From the NCBI GenBank assembly GCA_963765715.1, contig CAVXXN010000004.1, positions 342,373 to 406,372 on the forward strand: a DNA stretch of 64,000 nt, written 5' to 3'. The first letter of the stretch is position 1. Each line of letters begins with the position of its first letter. Below, in pieces: positions 61,005-64,000 of the stretch. Source of the stretch: Terriglobia bacterium (GTDB lineage Bacteria > Acidobacteriota > Terriglobia > Terriglobales > Acidobacteriaceae). A program made the translations under genes and the position numbers. Under the pieces are notes generated by a model. That model did not search any database. It was given only the letters and a program-made list of their open reading frames with translations, and was not told the origin of the DNA.

Positions 61005-62944
61005 AACTGGTCGTTGGTATCGATATTGAATCCCAGGATGACGCTGACTTCGATGGGCTTGTCTCCCCTGAGCGCAGGACTGAACTTCCATGTGTTCAGC
61101 GCGGCCAGCACCTTGCTGGTCATGACCGCGGAGCCCGGTTCGAGAACGCGCGGCCGCCGCAGTAATCCGGAGACATCAAGAACGCATTCAATCACGAGAC
61201 GCGTCTTGGGCAGGCCCGCAGGCAGGGCCGAACGCATGGGCTGTGGGGCGGTAAGATCTTCCGCATAGCCGTGCGCGGCCGAGGCAGGATCGGCGTATGA
61301 CATTACCGTCGGCAGGGCGGTTGCGATGTAAATGGTATAAACCTTCTCGCCTTTGAGACGGCCGTAGAAATCGAAGGCGCCGCCGGATCGTGAGGTGGCG
61401 ACCACGGTGATATCCGGTCCGGTATTCTTGTGGCCGGTTTGCGAGCGTGCGGGACCACCAGGCTGACTTGATCCCGAGCCAAAACTTGGCAAGGTTACGA
61501 TATTGTTGCCGCCCTTCACAGAGACTCCGGGCATCGAAGGGCTGCCGTTTGTGCCGGTTCCCGCGCCTCCTGATCCTGGATAAGGGGAGATACCACCGCG
61601 AGCATTAGGATCGGAGCCAGGGCCGGTGCCATCTTTTCCCGCGCCTGATCCGGGGCCAGAAAATCCGCTGCCTGGGCCATCGCCGTGGCCGATTCCGGCG
61701 CCGCCGCCGGCGCCTCCGATTCCAGGCTTGTCGCCTCCCGCAGGGGACATCGCCAGAGCGCCGCTTCCGCCGTTTCCGGGCATGCCTACTTTCGATCCAG
61801 GTTTGCTGGAAAGCACTACGCCCGAACTGCTTCCGCCGCCATTGCTGGTGGGCGGAGCGGCAGCCAGGCCGGCATCAAGGGCCCCGCCAAATCCTGTGCC
61901 ACGGTTTCCGCGGCCTTGCCCCATAAGCGACCCTCCGCCTCCGATTGAGGGCGGAGGTGCCACCACTTCAGTCCCGGAGCCCATGCCACCCGCCATGGAG
62001 CGTTGCGCTGAACCTGCACCCATCTGAACTGTTGGTGGTACAACGGCCGTATTGCCCAGTCCGTTTACGGCGCGACGTTCCGACGAATTACTCACCTGGA
62101 CCGTCGGGGGTACGACCTGCTTATCCAGCTGGTCGGCACCGAATCCGGGACCCATGGGTGTGATTTCGCGAGTGATTGTCGGCGCCGGCGCAACCACGCT
62201 CGGGGCCGGCAACGACAGCCGCGGATTCAGATTGGTCATCTGCTCCGGGGCTGAAATGGTCGGTGGAACTACCTGCACCGCTTGCGATCCAGGCATGTGC
62301 AGCATGGACACTTCGCGTTGCGGAGCGGCAGCACTGGGCGGAACAGCTCCGGGATTGAGCGTCGGAGCTGTCCGCAACAGGTCCTGCACCTGGGGAGCGG
62401 GCGCCACCGCCATCTGGTTTAACGATGGACTGCGTTGAGAGGATCGCATGCCTTCCGCCGGAGCAGGACCCGGGAGCGCCTTGAGTGCGAGCAGATTGGC
62501 GACTGCGGAGTCGGAGACCGGAAGATTCATCTTGGGGGCGTCAGCAACAGTTTCGCGAACAGTGCTGCCACGGGCCACCCGGATAGTTTGCGTGGGATGA
62601 AAAGCTTCGCGTCCACCGGCGCGTCCGGAACGTCCGGCTTCAGCACCGCCGATGTCCTCGGTCTTCGGGAGTTCGTTGCCTGAGTAGTAAATGATGTCGT
62701 ACTTGGGCTTGGGCGGCGGTTCGTAAGGCCGCATACTCGCAAGTTTTGCCGGAATGACGATGATCGCAATCAGAAAGGCCAGTTCGAACACCCAGGAAAT
62801 CAGGATGCCCCAATAGGGAAATAGTCCCGTATGCGCTTCGCCTGCCAAGCGTTCGGGCGAGCGTCCCATGGCGGGACGAATAGCACTGAGGAATTCATCC
62901 CAGCGTGATGGCCACTCAATCAGAAATTTGGGGGCATCATTCAC
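61001..62944 (-). CDS. Pro/Gly-rich membrane-anchored protein with TonB-C-like terminal domain
   Basis: One TM helix (ILISWVFELAFLIAIIVIPA), repeated VVPPTVQ / VAPAP motifs, a long Gly-rich tract, and a C-terminal LAALNTWKFSPALRGDKPIEV. Confidence 0.7.
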   Translation of the reverse strand: MNDAPKFLIEWPSRWDEFLSAIRPAMGRSPERLAGEAHTGLFPYWGILISWVFELAFLIAIIVIPAKLASMRPYEPPPKPKYDIIYYSGNELPKTEDIGGAEAGRSGRAGGREAFHPTQTIRVARGSTVRETVADAPKMNLPVSDSAVANLLALKALPGPAPAEGMRSSQRSPSLNQMAVAPAPQVQDLLRTAPTLNPGAVPPSAAAPQREVSMLHMPGSQAVQVVPPTISAPEQMTNLNPRLSLPAPSVVAPAPTITREITPMGPGFGADQLDKQVVPPTVQVSNSSERRAVNGLGNTAVVPPTVQMGAGSAQRSMAGGMGSGTEVVAPPPSIGGGGSLMGQGRGNRGTGFGGALDAGLAAAPPTSNGGGSSSGVVLSSKPGSKVGMPGNGGSGALAMSPAGGDKPGIGGAGGGAGIGHGDGPGSGFSGPGSGAGKDGTGPGSDPNARGGISPYPGSGGAGTGTNGSPSMPGVSVKGGNNIVTLPSFGSGSSQPGGPARSQTGHKNTGPDITVVATSRSGGAFDFYGRLKGEKVYTIYIATALPTVMSYADPASAAHGYAEDLTAPQPMRSALPAGLPKTRLVIECVLDVSGLLRRPRVLEPGSAVMTSKVLAALNTWKFSPALRGDKPIEVSVILGFNIDTNDQF

Positions 62945-63393
62945 GCCTGGGCGGTCTCCTCTACGGTGATTTCAATCTCGTCCCCGATGGCGGTTCGAGT
63001 CGAATTCAGAGTGTGTCCCGGAAGCTCGAGTACCGATGCGGCGCTAATACGAACGGCAGCCAGACGCCAGGGCTTGAGATTTTCTTCGATGTGAACTACG
63101 ACTTTGCCGCGATCCAGGTAAACGACATCGATGGGAAAGCGCATCGCGAAAGTGTGTACTCCGTGGCAGGGGACGATCCACAGACCTTCGCCAGAGGGAA
63201 AGCGGGAGGCTTCCGTGCCCATCAAGCCGCGGAAGCGGGACCAATGGGTTGCGGCGAGACGCACACGGGTCGCCAAATAAGCGTTCCGCGTGCGATTCAA
63301 TGCATATCCCTTGGGACCCGGTACAGACATCAAAACTCCTAGGCTCGATACTATGGGCTCGATACTACGGACTCGCAGCTGCTGGGACTCCAA
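62941..63393 (-). CDS. DUF192 domain protein
   Basis: RGLMGT......GLWIVPCHGVHTFAMRFPIDVVYLD. Its stop overlaps the next gene's start. Confidence 0.8.
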   Translation of the reverse strand: MESQQLRVRSIEPIVSSLGVLMSVPGPKGYALNRTRNAYLATRVRLAATHWSRFRGLMGTEASRFPSGEGLWIVPCHGVHTFAMRFPIDVVYLDRGKVVVHIEENLKPWRLAAVRISAASVLELPGHTLNSTRTAIGDEIEITVEETAQA

Positions 63394-63399
63394 ACTTCT

Positions 63400-64000
63400 T
63401 CAATGTGCTCCCTGCGGGGCCAGAATACGAAACAGTTCGATAATGGCGGGCCCCAGGGTCACAAAGATGATGGAGGGGAGGACGAACAAGACCAGAGGGA
63501 CGATCATCTTGATAGTGGTTTTGGCGGCCTGTTCTTCCGCTCGCTGGCGCCGCTCGGTGCGCAGCGAATCGGAATGAATACGTAATGCCTGACTAACGCT
63601 GGTGCCGAAACGGTCGGTTTGAATCAAGGTCGCGACGAGGGCGCGGACATCATCCACGCCGGTGCGATCCACGAGGTTCCTGAGGGCTTCGGCGCGAGGT
63701 TTTCCCGCCCGCATTTCCAGGTTGACGAGGTGGAACTCATCGCTGAGGTCGGGATGGGCGTGCTTCAAGTCTTCGCCCACTCGCATTAAGGCCTGATCAA
63801 GGGCAAGGCCTACTTCGACGCAGATGACGGTCAGATCTAGGGCGTCCGGAAGAGCGACGGTGATGCGGCGTTGCCGGTTGCGGATCATGCGCTTGAGCAC
63901 AAACCTGGGTATAAAGAATCCAAACGCTCCCACGGCGACGACCAGCAGGATATCGGACTTGCTGCCCTCGATGACAATTGCGATTGCCATTGCAAACAGA
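63400..64000 (-). CDS. tadC: type II secretion system F family protein (TadC-like), 5-prime end outside the window
   Basis: LPDALDLTVICVEVGLALDQAL and TERRQRAEEQAAKTTIKMIVPLVLFVLPSIF-like C-terminus. Confidence 0.8.
   Translation of the reverse strand, partial: LFAMAIAIVIEGSKSDILLVVAVGAFGFFIPRFVLKRMIRNRQRRITVALPDALDLTVICVEVGLALDQALMRVGEDLKHAHPDLSDEFHLVNLEMRAGKPRAEALRNLVDRTGVDDVRALVATLIQTDRFGTSVSQALRIHSDSLRTERRQRAEEQAAKTTIKMIVPLVLFVLPSIIFVTLGPAIIELFRILAPQGAH

Noticed and set aside
61626-62438. Several plus-strand Pro-rich ORFs (61626-62027, 62052-62438) opposite the Gly/Pro-rich gene.
   Set aside because: They are mirror-frame artefacts of the GC-rich, low-complexity coding tract on the minus strand.

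Overview
GC-rich bacterial chromosomal segment. Gene content and several interspersed REP or hairpin repeat families suggest Acidobacteriota (Terriglobia-like); this is inference only. No rRNA and no CRISPR array are present, and there is one tRNA. Housekeeping genes: groES-groEL with a perfect CIRCE operator, glmU, yvcK, lepB, carA/carB, ribA and tRNA-Ala(CGC). Catabolic blocks: (i) a TetR-controlled acyl-CoA cluster built around a BoxB-like diiron oxygenase, two crotonases and a two-subunit CoA-transferase (31.4-36.8 kb); (ii) an MFS / Old-Yellow-Enzyme / DHDPS-like / GH39 block (42.4-47.9 kb); (iii) a pyrimidine-nucleoside block with nupC, deoA, cdd, dihydropyrimidinase and a divergent LLM oxidoreductase (49.6-59.3 kb). 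Accessory patches: (a) 4.4-8.4 kb, repeat-dense, where two copies of a TIR-bounded MITE-like element bracket a low-GC DUF7002-like gene, followed by a SEC-C protein with a putative PD-(D/E)xK core and an orphan PD-(D/E)XK endonuclease; (b) a 3.3-kb decayed integrative/mobilizable element in tRNA-Ala, bounded by a perfect 25-nt direct repeat (38895-42190). About 19 genes are broken by roughly 30 single-nucleotide frame disruptions. Most behave as +1 insertions, and they cluster in some genes while many long genes are intact. This could be assembly error or real decay, so every frameshifted call is provisional. All functional calls come from motif recognition by eye; no database search was run.
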